Position numbers and translations under genes: made by a program | Source of the DNA: an uncultured virus (IMG/VR IMGVR_UViG_3300042197_001803) | Lineage: Duplodnaviria > Heunggongvirae > Uroviricota > Caudoviricetes | Strand: one strand, 5' to 3' | IMG/VR virus record: IMGVR_UViG_3300042197_001803 | Span: 1 to 64,000 of that record | DNA: 64,000 bases | In this document: piece by piece, positions 9,890 to 19,966 of the stretch | Layout: every line of letters starts with the position of its first letter | How positions within the stretch are numbered: the first letter of the stretch is position 1 | Notes under the pieces: model-generated | What the model was told of the DNA's origin: nothing | Seen by the model: the letters and a program-made list of their open reading frames with translations, nothing else | Databases searched by the model: none

Positions 9890-12115
9890 TCATCTTAACA
9901 CATTTACGTGACCAATCATTTCATATTTGTAATAACCGTCAAAGTTACCATAACTTAATTTCCAAACGTAAACACCAATCGGTACTAGTTTATTATTATG
10001 TCTACCATCCCAACCATCGTCAGTACTTTTGGAAACCCATATTAGTTCACCCCATCTGTTAAAAACTTCAAGTTTAAAATTATAATTAAACGCTGAGTTA
10101 TATTCTGGTTTCCAAATATTATTTAGTTGATTACCATCAGGGGTAAAAGAATTAGGGATAAAAATTAAATCTTCTGGACAATATTCTACCGAAACATTAA
10201 AATATGTTGGTGATGAAAAACAACCATTTTCTTCTCGTATAACATAGAATTGATACGTTCCTTCACTACTCCAAGTAATTTCTAAAACTTCAGTTTGTAT
10301 AATATCATTCATATAATACCACACATTGTCACCTATCAAATTACTGGATAACACCGCAAAAGTATCTATGTCTTGTTCCCCTAAACATAACATATGATAT
10401 TGACTGTTATCACCAATAACACCATTAGTTATTGGTTGAATTGTGGGTATAGGATAAACAACTACTGATGTATTTGACATGAACACACAACCATTTTGAC
10501 TATAGGTATAATAAACAGTGTCAAGACCATATAAATTTAAATTTGGACAATATTGATTATTGACAACATTGTTACTCCAAAATTGTCCGCCAAAGGGTGT
10601 TGCATTTAATTGAACACAGTTGTCGTACACACAAAAAGGCCCTATTGGTGTTATAGTTATTGGTATGTCTAAAACATAAACACTAAACGTCTCAACTTGA
10701 CTATTACATCCACTTGAATCCTGTCCGTAAACAGATATGATATTTGGATAATACCCACCACTTAAACCTGTTATGTCTAAATTTATTTGATTGGTTCCTT
10801 GACCATTAGTTATTTGTCCCGCATTTGAAGACCAAACATAATTTAAATTTGGATTACCGTTAACAACCGAGAACTGGTTTGTTATTGAATTAACACATAA
10901 TGTATCATTACCAAAAATGGTATCAATGACTACAGGTGGAGGATTTAATAAAACAACAAAAGATGTATAATCACACCCATTGTTGTCTGTTAATATATAG
11001 TTGTAAGTTCCAGGACATAATCCAGTTGGGTTAAACCCGTTTAAACCACCCGTCCAAGTAATAGTAAAAGGTCCAATACCACTACTAGGTGTTACTAATA
11101 CTTGACCATCACAAAAATTATTACACGTTGGTTCTGTTATTAAAACTGCGGGTGCAGTTAGGTTTGGTGGGCCAGGTAAAACAAATACAGTGTCAGGTCC
11201 AAAACCAACTTGTTGATTACAACTATTCCATCCTGCATTACAGGTTGGGTAAACAAATTGACAAGTATAGTACGCACCTTGTGATGGTGGTGTAACAGTT
11301 AATGTTGGTCCAGTACCTAGTGGTATTGGGTTTCCAACCTGATACCAAGTTAGTGTTGGTAATACAGGTGTACCTGAAGGGGTCCATCTATAGGCATCGT
11401 TAAGTGCTGTCCAAGCTGTAGAGTTTCTACCTGGTGTTGTAAAGGCGACAGTACCCGCCTGATTATGTATTCCTTGTACTGCGGTTCCACCCGCCCAAGT
11501 TAAACAGTTTGGTTTAATTTGTATATAATTTTCAACATAGTTGGTTGACTCATGAATCACTATGTGAAATGTACCTTGAACATTTGTACATTGAAACATA
11601 GGTACATTAATCCAACTAACAATCAACTTTCTGCACGGTTGAGTCCCCTGAACTTGATATCTTATTTGACCTCCAACACCAGGATGCCAATCTTGCCATG
11701 GACCCATAATACAGTTTTTTGGTACACTACCAGCAACTGAAGGTATGGGTGTTGAGGTGAATGTAGTTGGTTGTCCTGCGGAAAAAGAAACCCATCCATT
11801 ACTACCAACCCAAAATTGTGTGTATGTTTGCCCAAAAAAACAAAAGTTAAACCCAATATTAAATGGCCCTTGTTGAGAGTCGTCACTCATAAACAATTGA
11901 GTACCATTATTAGTTTGGTTAACATATTGTATCTGAGATACAGAATAAGTGTTTGTCTGATTAGGATTAGTACCTTGGGTACATTGGCTTAAATCAGCCG
12001 TAAGTGTTGTTGTATTAACTCCGCAAGGAAGATATTGGTCAGGACCTAAAAAAGGGCAATACTGAGAAAACGAAAAGTTGCTAAGCAACAAAAAAAAGAA
12101 AACCAAAGTTCTCAT
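9890..12115 (-). CDS. secreted protein with T9SS type-B (gliding motility-associated) C-terminal domain and SprB-like repeat
   Basis: signal peptide ending FSQ; PTCNNFCDG...GLCPGTY..TDNNGC repeat; C-terminal IPNSFTPDG...FNRWGE...WDG...GVYVW...GHVNVLR. Confidence 0.9.
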   Translation of the reverse strand: MRTLVFFFLLLSNFSFSQYCPFLGPDQYLPCGVNTTTLTADLSQCTQGTNPNQTNTYSVSQIQYVNQTNNGTQLFMSDDSQQGPFNIGFNFCFFGQTYTQFWVGSNGWVSFSAGQPTTFTSTPIPSVAGSVPKNCIMGPWQDWHPGVGGQIRYQVQGTQPCRKLIVSWINVPMFQCTNVQGTFHIVIHESTNYVENYIQIKPNCLTWAGGTAVQGIHNQAGTVAFTTPGRNSTAWTALNDAYRWTPSGTPVLPTLTWYQVGNPIPLGTGPTLTVTPPSQGAYYTCQFVYPTCNAGWNSCNQQVGFGPDTVFVLPGPPNLTAPAVLITEPTCNNFCDGQVLVTPSSGIGPFTITWTGGLNGFNPTGLCPGTYNYILTDNNGCDYTSFVVLLNPPPVVIDTIFGNDTLCVNSITNQFSVVNGNPNLNYVWSSNAGQITNGQGTNQINLDITGLSGGYYPNIISVYGQDSSGCNSQVETFSVYVLDIPITITPIGPFCVYDNCVQLNATPFGGQFWSNNVVNNQYCPNLNLYGLDTVYYTYSQNGCVFMSNTSVVVYPIPTIQPITNGVIGDNSQYHMLCLGEQDIDTFAVLSSNLIGDNVWYYMNDIIQTEVLEITWSSEGTYQFYVIREENGCFSSPTYFNVSVEYCPEDLIFIPNSFTPDGNQLNNIWKPEYNSAFNYNFKLEVFNRWGELIWVSKSTDDGWDGRHNNKLVPIGVYVWKLSYGNFDGYYKYEMIGHVNVLR

Positions 12116-12228
12116 AGTAAAAAAATAATAAAAAGTTTATTAATGAACGATAGACAGATATAAAAGGTTACACCCTTTTACATAAATACAAAAAATAATA
12201 TATTTATAATATAAACAAAGAAAAATTA

Positions 12229-12726
12229 ATGGAGAAGTCTAAATTTGAAAATATCGGAAATACACAGTTATTTTTTACTCTAAAATTTATTGTGGAAAAT
12301 ACCTCTAGTAGTAGATTTGATTATAGCGACATAGAATATTCTTCATTTAGGAGTGACTGTGATAACGCAAGTTCAATAGTTGGTATTACAGGTTTAGACT
12401 TCATAGACTATAATTATTTATTAGCCGTTTTGTTATTAAATAAAAATTTTGATTATACCACCAAAAAACCTGAAGGAACTTTAGTAAGACCTTCAGTTGG
12501 TTTGTATTCATTTGATATTGATGAACATAGAAATGAGTACGTTAGAAGAACATACAAACATGAAGTGGAATCGTATTTACCTGAATTAATACAACCAATG
12601 ATTCGGGGTATGGAGGATGAGGGTGTTTTTGAATATTATGAGGGTCAAGAAACTGATACTGATTATTACGATGGTGAGACCACCGATGTTAATTTTGATA
12701 GGAGTTCTGTTAGAAAAATTAAGTAA
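12229..12726 (+). CDS. hypothetical protein
   Basis: 165-aa ORF; TATTTAT at 12201-12207. Confidence 0.75.
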   Translation: MEKSKFENIGNTQLFFTLKFIVENTSSSRFDYSDIEYSSFRSDCDNASSIVGITGLDFIDYNYLLAVLLLNKNFDYTTKKPEGTLVRPSVGLYSFDIDEHRNEYVRRTYKHEVESYLPELIQPMIRGMEDEGVFEYYEGQETDTDYYDGETTDVNFDRSSVRKIK

Positions 12727-13616
12727 TGGAAATATATAGAATTGGAATATTAGCATCTAAATTAAAAGAACGTTATAAAGGTTATAATAATCCAACTGAG
12801 ATTTATTTAAACCTAAAAAATGACATGTTCATATCACCACTATTGAGAGATGGTAAATTATCAGGTCTTGACTTATTTTACCTAATTTTTATGATATACC
12901 TTCTTAATCAAGGTAAAACGGGAGATTCGATTTTAAATCTATTACAAAATTTTACTTTCGGATTTAATGTCTCGGTAATACTAGAGTCAGACCCTAATGT
13001 TGAGTGCGATTCTTGTAGTGGTACAGGTGAAATAGAATGTGATTCTTGTTACGGAGGAGGAACAAAAGAATGTGACGAATGTGATGGTACTGGTGAAAAA
13101 AGTTGCGACACTTGTGATGGTGAGGGGAGAGTTGATTGTGACACTTGCGATGGAACTGGTGAGGATGAAGAAGGTGGAAGTTGTTCAGAATGTGATGGTG
13201 ATGGATATGTTAACTGTACTGAATGTCGTGGTAGAGGTAGTGAAAATTGTGATTGGTGTGGTGGCGATGGAGATTTAAATTGTGGTAATTGCGGTGGTAG
13301 TGGGAACGAAGAGTGTACCGAATGTGATGGTGAAGGGGAAGTTGAACAAACGGGTTATAATAGAGTTGATGTTTATTCATTTTTAAGTATTAGTACTAAA
13401 TTAAAAGATATTTTGTTAGACTTTGAGGAAAGAAAAATAAGTCAGGAATTGTTTGAACAAATAGAAAATGATAAATTAACAATTAATCTTTCAGTAATTG
13501 AGGATATTGTTGATGACTTTTACGGTGATTATGAAGACGGTGATATGTCTCTTAATTATATTGACGAAGAACCTAACATATTCTTCAGTAGTGGAAACAT
13601 TTTAAAGTTTAATTAA
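12726..13616 (+). CDS. protein with ten CxxCxGxG (DnaJ-type zinc finger) repeats
   Basis: CDSCSGTG through CTECDGEG, 10 copies; no J-domain. Confidence 0.85.
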   Translation: MEIYRIGILASKLKERYKGYNNPTEIYLNLKNDMFISPLLRDGKLSGLDLFYLIFMIYLLNQGKTGDSILNLLQNFTFGFNVSVILESDPNVECDSCSGTGEIECDSCYGGGTKECDECDGTGEKSCDTCDGEGRVDCDTCDGTGEDEEGGSCSECDGDGYVNCTECRGRGSENCDWCGGDGDLNCGNCGGSGNEECTECDGEGEVEQTGYNRVDVYSFLSISTKLKDILLDFEERKISQELFEQIENDKLTINLSVIEDIVDDFYGDYEDGDMSLNYIDEEPNIFFSSGNILKFN

Positions 13617-14146
13617 TCAGTTAAAAATCTTCTTATATTAATTTCCGCATGTTTGTTAATAGCTTCAGTAACCATTGGTATATAAAAATTTTTATACCAT
13701 TTTAACAATTCTTTAATATTCTCAAAATTACCATCTACATCATATCCAGTATATTCATACTCTTCAATAGAAATTACTTCTTTATTGTCTTTCTTTCTAT
13801 AGACTGTAAAATTATCAGAATCTACAGGTACAATTTCACTACCATCGTAAAAAGGTGTTGCCATTGTTATTAATATACCATAAAACTCATCATTTATGTT
13901 GTGTTTTGTTTTTATATACCAAACACCACTAAACCCATCAATGTACATATCATCAACAATATTAAGTTTAGGTAATTTATTGTCACTTAACATATCCGAT
14001 AAAACCATGTTAGATGTAACTACATCTAATTTTATGTTTAACATTCTAACAATTTCGTAAGTTGGTAATCCAACTAACTTTGACGTTTCATATAACCCAT
14101 TGTTATTTAAATAATCAATTAATTTATTTTTAGTAACGTCTTTCAT
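13613..14146 (-). CDS. hypothetical protein
   Basis: 177-aa ORF, TAATG coupling to upstream gene. Confidence 0.7.
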   Translation of the reverse strand: MKDVTKNKLIDYLNNNGLYETSKLVGLPTYEIVRMLNIKLDVVTSNMVLSDMLSDNKLPKLNIVDDMYIDGFSGVWYIKTKHNINDEFYGILITMATPFYDGSEIVPVDSDNFTVYRKKDNKEVISIEEYEYTGYDVDGNFENIKELLKWYKNFYIPMVTEAINKHAEINIRRFLTD

Positions 14147-14880
14147 TAGTACTTAACATCAAACTCATATTTAACTCCGACTTCACAAACTTCGGGTAAC
14201 ATTTTAGTGATTAGTGATTCAATTTCTTCCGATATTTTATCCCAACTATGTTCAGGTAAATCATGTATTCTGTACATTTTTTCCCACTCATCTTCAGATT
14301 CACTACCAATTAATATTTTTTTAACAACTAAAGTAACCTCAGCTTCGTAAACACAATATTCTTCCATATTTTTAGGTTTTGATTTAATTGGCTCAACTTT
14401 AACGTCTTTAACCATATGTTTTACTATCCAATCAACACCTTCTTCATCAGAAGTTGAGTATGGTAATACGTACCATCCTTTATGTTCGTCAACTTTATAT
14501 ATTAATTTAAAAATTAAATTTTCAATCTTTTCAATTTTTTCTTTATTAAGGTCAGAAGTTTTAATAAACTCAATATAAGTTTCTGAATATTCATAACCTA
14601 AACTATCTAACGTTTTTTCAAGAGTATTTGATATTAATTTTTTAACTCTACCTATTCTACCATCCTTAACATCAACCTCGACTTTTACACCTAAATAGTT
14701 AAATCTTGGTGATTCACTATCCTCTAAAACTCTCCAAATGTTTGAAACAGAACCCATAACATCCAATATATTTATATTGGGCAATTGAAAATTATGTTGA
14801 GATTCATATCTCTCAATAAACTTAGGTAAAAGTTTAGACATAATTTCTTTTACTCTTTCGGTATATATTGAATTGTTCAT
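14146..14880 (-). CDS. hypothetical protein
   Basis: 244-aa ORF. Confidence 0.7.
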   Translation of the reverse strand: MNNSIYTERVKEIMSKLLPKFIERYESQHNFQLPNINILDVMGSVSNIWRVLEDSESPRFNYLGVKVEVDVKDGRIGRVKKLISNTLEKTLDSLGYEYSETYIEFIKTSDLNKEKIEKIENLIFKLIYKVDEHKGWYVLPYSTSDEEGVDWIVKHMVKDVKVEPIKSKPKNMEEYCVYEAEVTLVVKKILIGSESEDEWEKMYRIHDLPEHSWDKISEEIESLITKMLPEVCEVGVKYEFDVKY

Positions 14881-14939
14881 AGTATTTTTAAAAACTACCT
14901 ATTGAGTGGTCTCCCCAGCTATCGTATTCGTCTTCCATA

Positions 14940-15497
14940 TTATTTAATATCTAATTTATATATTGTCACAGGAACACCTGTTTTATTGGTTATTTCGTTT
15001 TCAATATAATCCAAAATACATTCTTGAATCTCATTCTCAACTTCCCAGCCATAATCTTCATTTTTTAATGCGTCTTCAAGTTGATGTTCTTCCCCTCCAA
15101 TCATAATTAAACTAACACTAGCATTTGGATTTTTTGCATCAACATATGCGTTGACGTAAATTTCACTAACACCTAACTCTTCACGTCCATCATTTATCTC
15201 TTTTGCTATTTTTAAATCAAAATCAAAATTATACCCACCACACATAAAATTATCTTCACCTATTTTATGTGGGTTTTTTTCTATAATTTCTTTCGCTAAT
15301 CTGTGAGCATCTTCGTTACCTAACCATTGTCTTAAAAATCCTCTGACAGTAAAAATATCAATTCTATGATTTTGTGAACTAAATAATTTAAGCAAGTCAT
15401 CATTTATTTCACCACCAAATTTATCCCAATACTTAAAAAACGCCTTTTTAAGGGACATCAGTGCTGACATTTGATTTTCGGTCAGTATTATTTTCAT
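14940..15497 (-). CDS. hypothetical protein
   Basis: MKIILTENQ leader; TATTTAT at 15502-15508. Confidence 0.75.
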   Translation of the reverse strand: MKIILTENQMSALMSLKKAFFKYWDKFGGEINDDLLKLFSSQNHRIDIFTVRGFLRQWLGNEDAHRLAKEIIEKNPHKIGEDNFMCGGYNFDFDLKIAKEINDGREELGVSEIYVNAYVDAKNPNASVSLIMIGGEEHQLEDALKNEDYGWEVENEIQECILDYIENEITNKTGVPVTIYKLDIK

Positions 15498-15516
15498 ACT
15501 AATAAATATATTAAAA

Positions 15517-18500
15517 TTATTTAATTAAATTAATATGACCTTTTATTATGTGCCACTCACCAGTAAAGTCCCTAACTTTAATTAAATACACATACACATC
15601 TTGTTTAACATAAACACCATTATATTTACCATCCCAACCTTTAGTCATAGGTTCTAGATTCTTATATGATGCTAGTAATTCCCCCCAACGGTTAAATATT
15701 AACATTTCCGCTTCTACAATACCTGTTCCATGAATTTTAAATGTATCATTTAAACCGTCTTTGGTCGGGGTAAATGAATTTGGTTTAAAAAATGTAAAAT
15801 TAGAGTTTATAAACAAAGGATGGTATATTGAGTCGGTACACCCATATTCATTTTCAACATGTAAATATATTAAATAACGACCTGTGTCAGCGGGGAATGT
15901 ATATGATAGATGAGTTTCGGTAAACGTTTGAAACATTATTTCCCATGTATTATATAAATTACCTTGTGATAAGTTAGTAAATTCTATTTTAGTATTTGCC
16001 GTGTTAGGATTTTCAGGTGAGTAGGCAAACTCAGCCACTGGTAATGGGTAGGTTTTAATTACATCAGTAAATGTAATTGTTGAGTCACATCCTTTATCTG
16101 ATATAGCAGTTAAAGTAACAGAATAATTACCTACTGTAGTATATGTTAAATTTATGTCCTCTGTGTAGTAAGTATTCAATCCTATATCCCATATATAAGA
16201 ATTTACAATTCCTCCAGAGGCTATTGTAGTTTGATTATCTAAAAATACTTGTAATGGAACACAACCTTCAAATTGACCACCAAAATTAGGTATAGGTCTA
16301 GGATAAACTTCTAGAGTTTGTAGTAAACTATCTTGACAACCATATTGATTGGTACCAATTAGTTGTATTTGGTATTGACCCCATGGATAAACTTGTTTTG
16401 GGTTGGTTGATGTTGAAAATAAATTACCGTTCAAATACCATTGATATACAGCAGCACCACTAGATAAGTTTGTGAATGTTACCGAGTCACCCGCACATTC
16501 ATTTGGTGATATAAAACTAACAAATGGTAGTGGATAAATTTCAAATTGACTATAAGCTGTATCAATGCAACCATCTACTGATTGAACAATTAACTGTACA
16601 GGATATACTCCAGGAGAATTAAATGTATAATTAAAGTTTTGACTATTTTGTAAAGTATTATTTGTTGACCAATTCCAAGATGCAATTTGGCCAATTGAGT
16701 TGTCTGATAGTAAGGTTGGATAGGTTAAACAGTTATTGTTTGGAGTAATACCTGCAACTGGTATTTGATAGTTTCTATATTCTTGAACTAAAGTATCTAA
16801 ACATCCATCTGTATTTTGTACAATTAACTGAACTTGATAAATTCCATTTGTTTGATAGGTATGAGTAGGACTAGTTTGATTGGAAGTGTTTCCATCTCCG
16901 AAATCCCAAGACCATAAAGCTATGTTAAATAAACTTAAATCGGTAAATGGAGCAATCATACCACACGAATCAGGTAATACAAAAGCAGCAGTAGGTTTAG
17001 GATATACTGTTATCAAATCTGAAATAGTATCAGTACAACCGCCTTGGCCAGTGACAATTAAGGTAACTGGGTATTGACCATTTGTGTTATAGAAATGAGT
17101 TGGGTTCTGTTGGTTCGAGGTTTGACCATTACCTAATGACCAATTCCATCCTATAATTTGAGAGTTTGTAATTGTAGATTGGTCGGTGAATGTAAATGGA
17201 ATACCATAGCAAGTTGGAGTATGTGTAAATTGAGCAGTTGGGATAGACCAGATTGTTACTGGTTGAGTAATCGTATCAGAGCATCCTTGGTTAGAATTAA
17301 CAATTAGAGCTACATTATAAATACCAGGAGCATTGTAGGAATAATTAGTATTTGGTTGATTAGATGTTTGACCGTTACCAAAATTCCACTGATATGAAGT
17401 AATAAATCCAGGAGGAGCGATTATGGATGTACTTGATATTTGACCTGATAATCCGCAAGAATCTGGAATAGTAAAATTAGCTATTGGAGTAGGAGGAACA
17501 TTAACAATTTGCGTAGCTGTATCAGAGCATAATCCAGGACCTATAACTATTAAGGTGGCTAGGTATTGACCAGGATTAGCGTACATTTGAGTTGGATTGG
17601 TTTGGTTTGATGTATTTCCATTTCCAAATGTCCATTGATAGTTCAAGTTGGCATTACCTAAAACATTTGAGGTATTCGTAAAAGGTACAGCATTACCATG
17701 ACAAGTTTGTGGAGCTGTAAAGGAGGCTACTGGTATTGCATTAATAGTTATAGGCTGAACTTCTGAATCAGTACAGCCACCAGTTGATGTAACTGTTAAT
17801 GTTACATTATATACACCTGGGTTAGCATAATTGTAAATCGGATTCTGCTGATTTGAGGTCTGTCCATTCCCAAAATTCCACTGATAGGAAGTGATTTGTG
17901 CAGGAGGAATAACAGTTGATGTATTGGTAATCGTATCACTCAGTCCGCATGTATTTGGTAATGTAAAGGCCGCTACTGGTAAAGGATTAACGGTAACTTG
18001 TTGAACTGTAGTATCTTTACAACCACCAGGTCCCGTAACAATCAAAGTAACAGTGTAAGTACCTGGGTTTGGATATTGATACCAAGGAGAGGTTTGTACT
18101 GAAGTAGCTCCGTTACCAAAACTCCAAGCGTGTTGCATTAATCCACCACCAAATATATTAGAGGTGTTTTGAAAAGGCATATTCTGGCCAGCACAAACAT
18201 TTTGAGTTGCAAAACTAGCAACTGGTATTGCGTTTACGACTATTGGTTTAGTTATTGTATCGCTACATCCTACACTGTCTTGAACAATAAGAGTGACATT
18301 GAAATTACCTGGGGTGTTGTATGTATGAATTGTGTTTTGATTGGTGTCTGTAGTTCCATCACCGAAATCCCAAAACCAAGAAGCAATTCCTCCAGGATTG
18401 GCTATTGTAGATTGGTCTGAGAATGCTTTAGCCAAACCACATAAAGTATCTACAGCAAAATCAGCATTTGGAATAGGAGGCACAACAATAGGTAGAGTCA

Positions 18501-19560
18501 CTGTATCTTCACAACCAACTTGAGCTGATGAAATTAAAGTTACATTGTATGGTCCTGGATTTTGATAGGTATGAATTGGATTAGGAAATGATGACTGACC
18601 TCCATCACCAAATGACCAATTCCAAACTGCGGGTTGAACTCCTGGGATAATGGTGGAGTCCGTAAATTGTATTTGACCATTACATAAACTTTGCCAGTTA
18701 AAATGGGCTGTAGGAAGTACAGGATTGATGTTTGCAGACAATTGAGCTGTACAACCAGTAGCAGAAGTTAGGGTAACCTGATATACATTTTGACCCCATG
18801 TCGGATTGATAATAGATATTTGTTGAGTAGTTGCTCCATTGGACCATTGGTATCCAACAAAACCTGGAGGAGCAACAAGGGTTGCTACAGTATCACCTAC
18901 GCAATATGTAATATCAATTTGAAGAGGACGGCACTCTGCAGCCAAATACGCGTATCCGAAATGACCTGAGTAATCACAATCTCCAGTACGAGCTTCAATA
19001 GTAACTACCTGACCAACATAGTTAAGTAGATTAACACCAGTAGTAGTCCAATCTCTCCATCTCACGTTTTGATAGTTTATGAATCCAGGTACATTATTAC
19101 CCGCCGCCACTTGATAAAAGGTACAAGGAATAATTCCTCCATTCTGATTTCTAACCTGCATTTCAAAACGGGGTTGAGCAATTGGTGGGTGTCCAGGGTC
19201 TTCTAATACCACAGCATAACGATAAACGAATAAAGCATTTTGATTAGATACTGTAAAAGAGTATGTTAAACTTTCAGCCTGCGCACCCACCTGACTGTTT
19301 CCTAACCGAGCTGATTGAGGTATTCCTGGAGGAGTTCTTGTTAAAGCGGGTACAATAGGGTCTAAACCAGGTGTCATAATAGTATGACGACCATTTTGTA
19401 TTGTATTGGGGTTCGTAATTACAATTGGGCAACAATTTCCAATTCCTCCAATCCAGTTCTGAAACCCGTTCATTGAGAAATCGGCATTCGGACATTGACT
19501 TGGTTGTGACCACAATAATTTTGTGAAAAATAAAAATAAAAACAAACTTAAATTTCTCAT
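15517..19560 (-). CDS. large secreted multi-PKD-domain protein with T9SS type-B C-terminal domain
   Basis: signal peptide ending LWSQ; repeated W-x-FGDG/FGNG...P.H.Y..PG.Y.V.L PKD motifs; C-terminal PNSFTP...FNRWGE...WDG...DVYVY...GHINLIK. Confidence 0.92.
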   Translation of the reverse strand: MRNLSLFLFLFFTKLLWSQPSQCPNADFSMNGFQNWIGGIGNCCPIVITNPNTIQNGRHTIMTPGLDPIVPALTRTPPGIPQSARLGNSQVGAQAESLTYSFTVSNQNALFVYRYAVVLEDPGHPPIAQPRFEMQVRNQNGGIIPCTFYQVAAGNNVPGFINYQNVRWRDWTTTGVNLLNYVGQVVTIEARTGDCDYSGHFGYAYLAAECRPLQIDITYCVGDTVATLVAPPGFVGYQWSNGATTQQISIINPTWGQNVYQVTLTSATGCTAQLSANINPVLPTAHFNWQSLCNGQIQFTDSTIIPGVQPAVWNWSFGDGGQSSFPNPIHTYQNPGPYNVTLISSAQVGCEDTVTLPIVVPPIPNADFAVDTLCGLAKAFSDQSTIANPGGIASWFWDFGDGTTDTNQNTIHTYNTPGNFNVTLIVQDSVGCSDTITKPIVVNAIPVASFATQNVCAGQNMPFQNTSNIFGGGLMQHAWSFGNGATSVQTSPWYQYPNPGTYTVTLIVTGPGGCKDTTVQQVTVNPLPVAAFTLPNTCGLSDTITNTSTVIPPAQITSYQWNFGNGQTSNQQNPIYNYANPGVYNVTLTVTSTGGCTDSEVQPITINAIPVASFTAPQTCHGNAVPFTNTSNVLGNANLNYQWTFGNGNTSNQTNPTQMYANPGQYLATLIVIGPGLCSDTATQIVNVPPTPIANFTIPDSCGLSGQISSTSIIAPPGFITSYQWNFGNGQTSNQPNTNYSYNAPGIYNVALIVNSNQGCSDTITQPVTIWSIPTAQFTHTPTCYGIPFTFTDQSTITNSQIIGWNWSLGNGQTSNQQNPTHFYNTNGQYPVTLIVTGQGGCTDTISDLITVYPKPTAAFVLPDSCGMIAPFTDLSLFNIALWSWDFGDGNTSNQTSPTHTYQTNGIYQVQLIVQNTDGCLDTLVQEYRNYQIPVAGITPNNNCLTYPTLLSDNSIGQIASWNWSTNNTLQNSQNFNYTFNSPGVYPVQLIVQSVDGCIDTAYSQFEIYPLPFVSFISPNECAGDSVTFTNLSSGAAVYQWYLNGNLFSTSTNPKQVYPWGQYQIQLIGTNQYGCQDSLLQTLEVYPRPIPNFGGQFEGCVPLQVFLDNQTTIASGGIVNSYIWDIGLNTYYTEDINLTYTTVGNYSVTLTAISDKGCDSTITFTDVIKTYPLPVAEFAYSPENPNTANTKIEFTNLSQGNLYNTWEIMFQTFTETHLSYTFPADTGRYLIYLHVENEYGCTDSIYHPLFINSNFTFFKPNSFTPTKDGLNDTFKIHGTGIVEAEMLIFNRWGELLASYKNLEPMTKGWDGKYNGVYVKQDVYVYLIKVRDFTGEWHIIKGHINLIK

Positions 19561-19573
19561 ACTGGTAAATATA

Positions 19574-19966
19574 TCATTTAATCATATTTATCGCATCTTC
19601 AACTAGTATAACACCATCAATTCCTTCAATTAAAACAGGCTTTTTCTTTTTACCATGTTCAACAAGCTTACCAACAACCATGTAAAACTTACAAGGAGTT
19701 TTAAAATTGTTTTTATACATTAAAGCGTTATACGCTTTTTGTTTTAATCTATCACTTCTATAAGTCGTAGTTAAGTCCATGTAGATATCAACACCATCAA
19801 CATTCTTGTGGAAGTCAAAATCAATAATTTGTTTCTTACCATGTGAATTAACAAACGAAGGTTTTTGTTTTTTACCAAATTTTTTTAAACCAGTTTGCTC
19901 AGTGAAATAACCTTCAAGACTATTCCCATTTCTAGATTTATCCCCGTTTTCTAAACTGTACTTCAT
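19574..19966 (-). CDS. PD-(D/E)xK-like nuclease
   Basis: LE...IIDF...IYMDLTTTYRSDRLKQ resembles restriction-endonuclease-like catalytic core. Confidence 0.5.
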   Translation of the reverse strand: MKYSLENGDKSRNGNSLEGYFTEQTGLKKFGKKQKPSFVNSHGKKQIIDFDFHKNVDGVDIYMDLTTTYRSDRLKQKAYNALMYKNNFKTPCKFYMVVGKLVEHGKKKKPVLIEGIDGVILVEDAINMIK

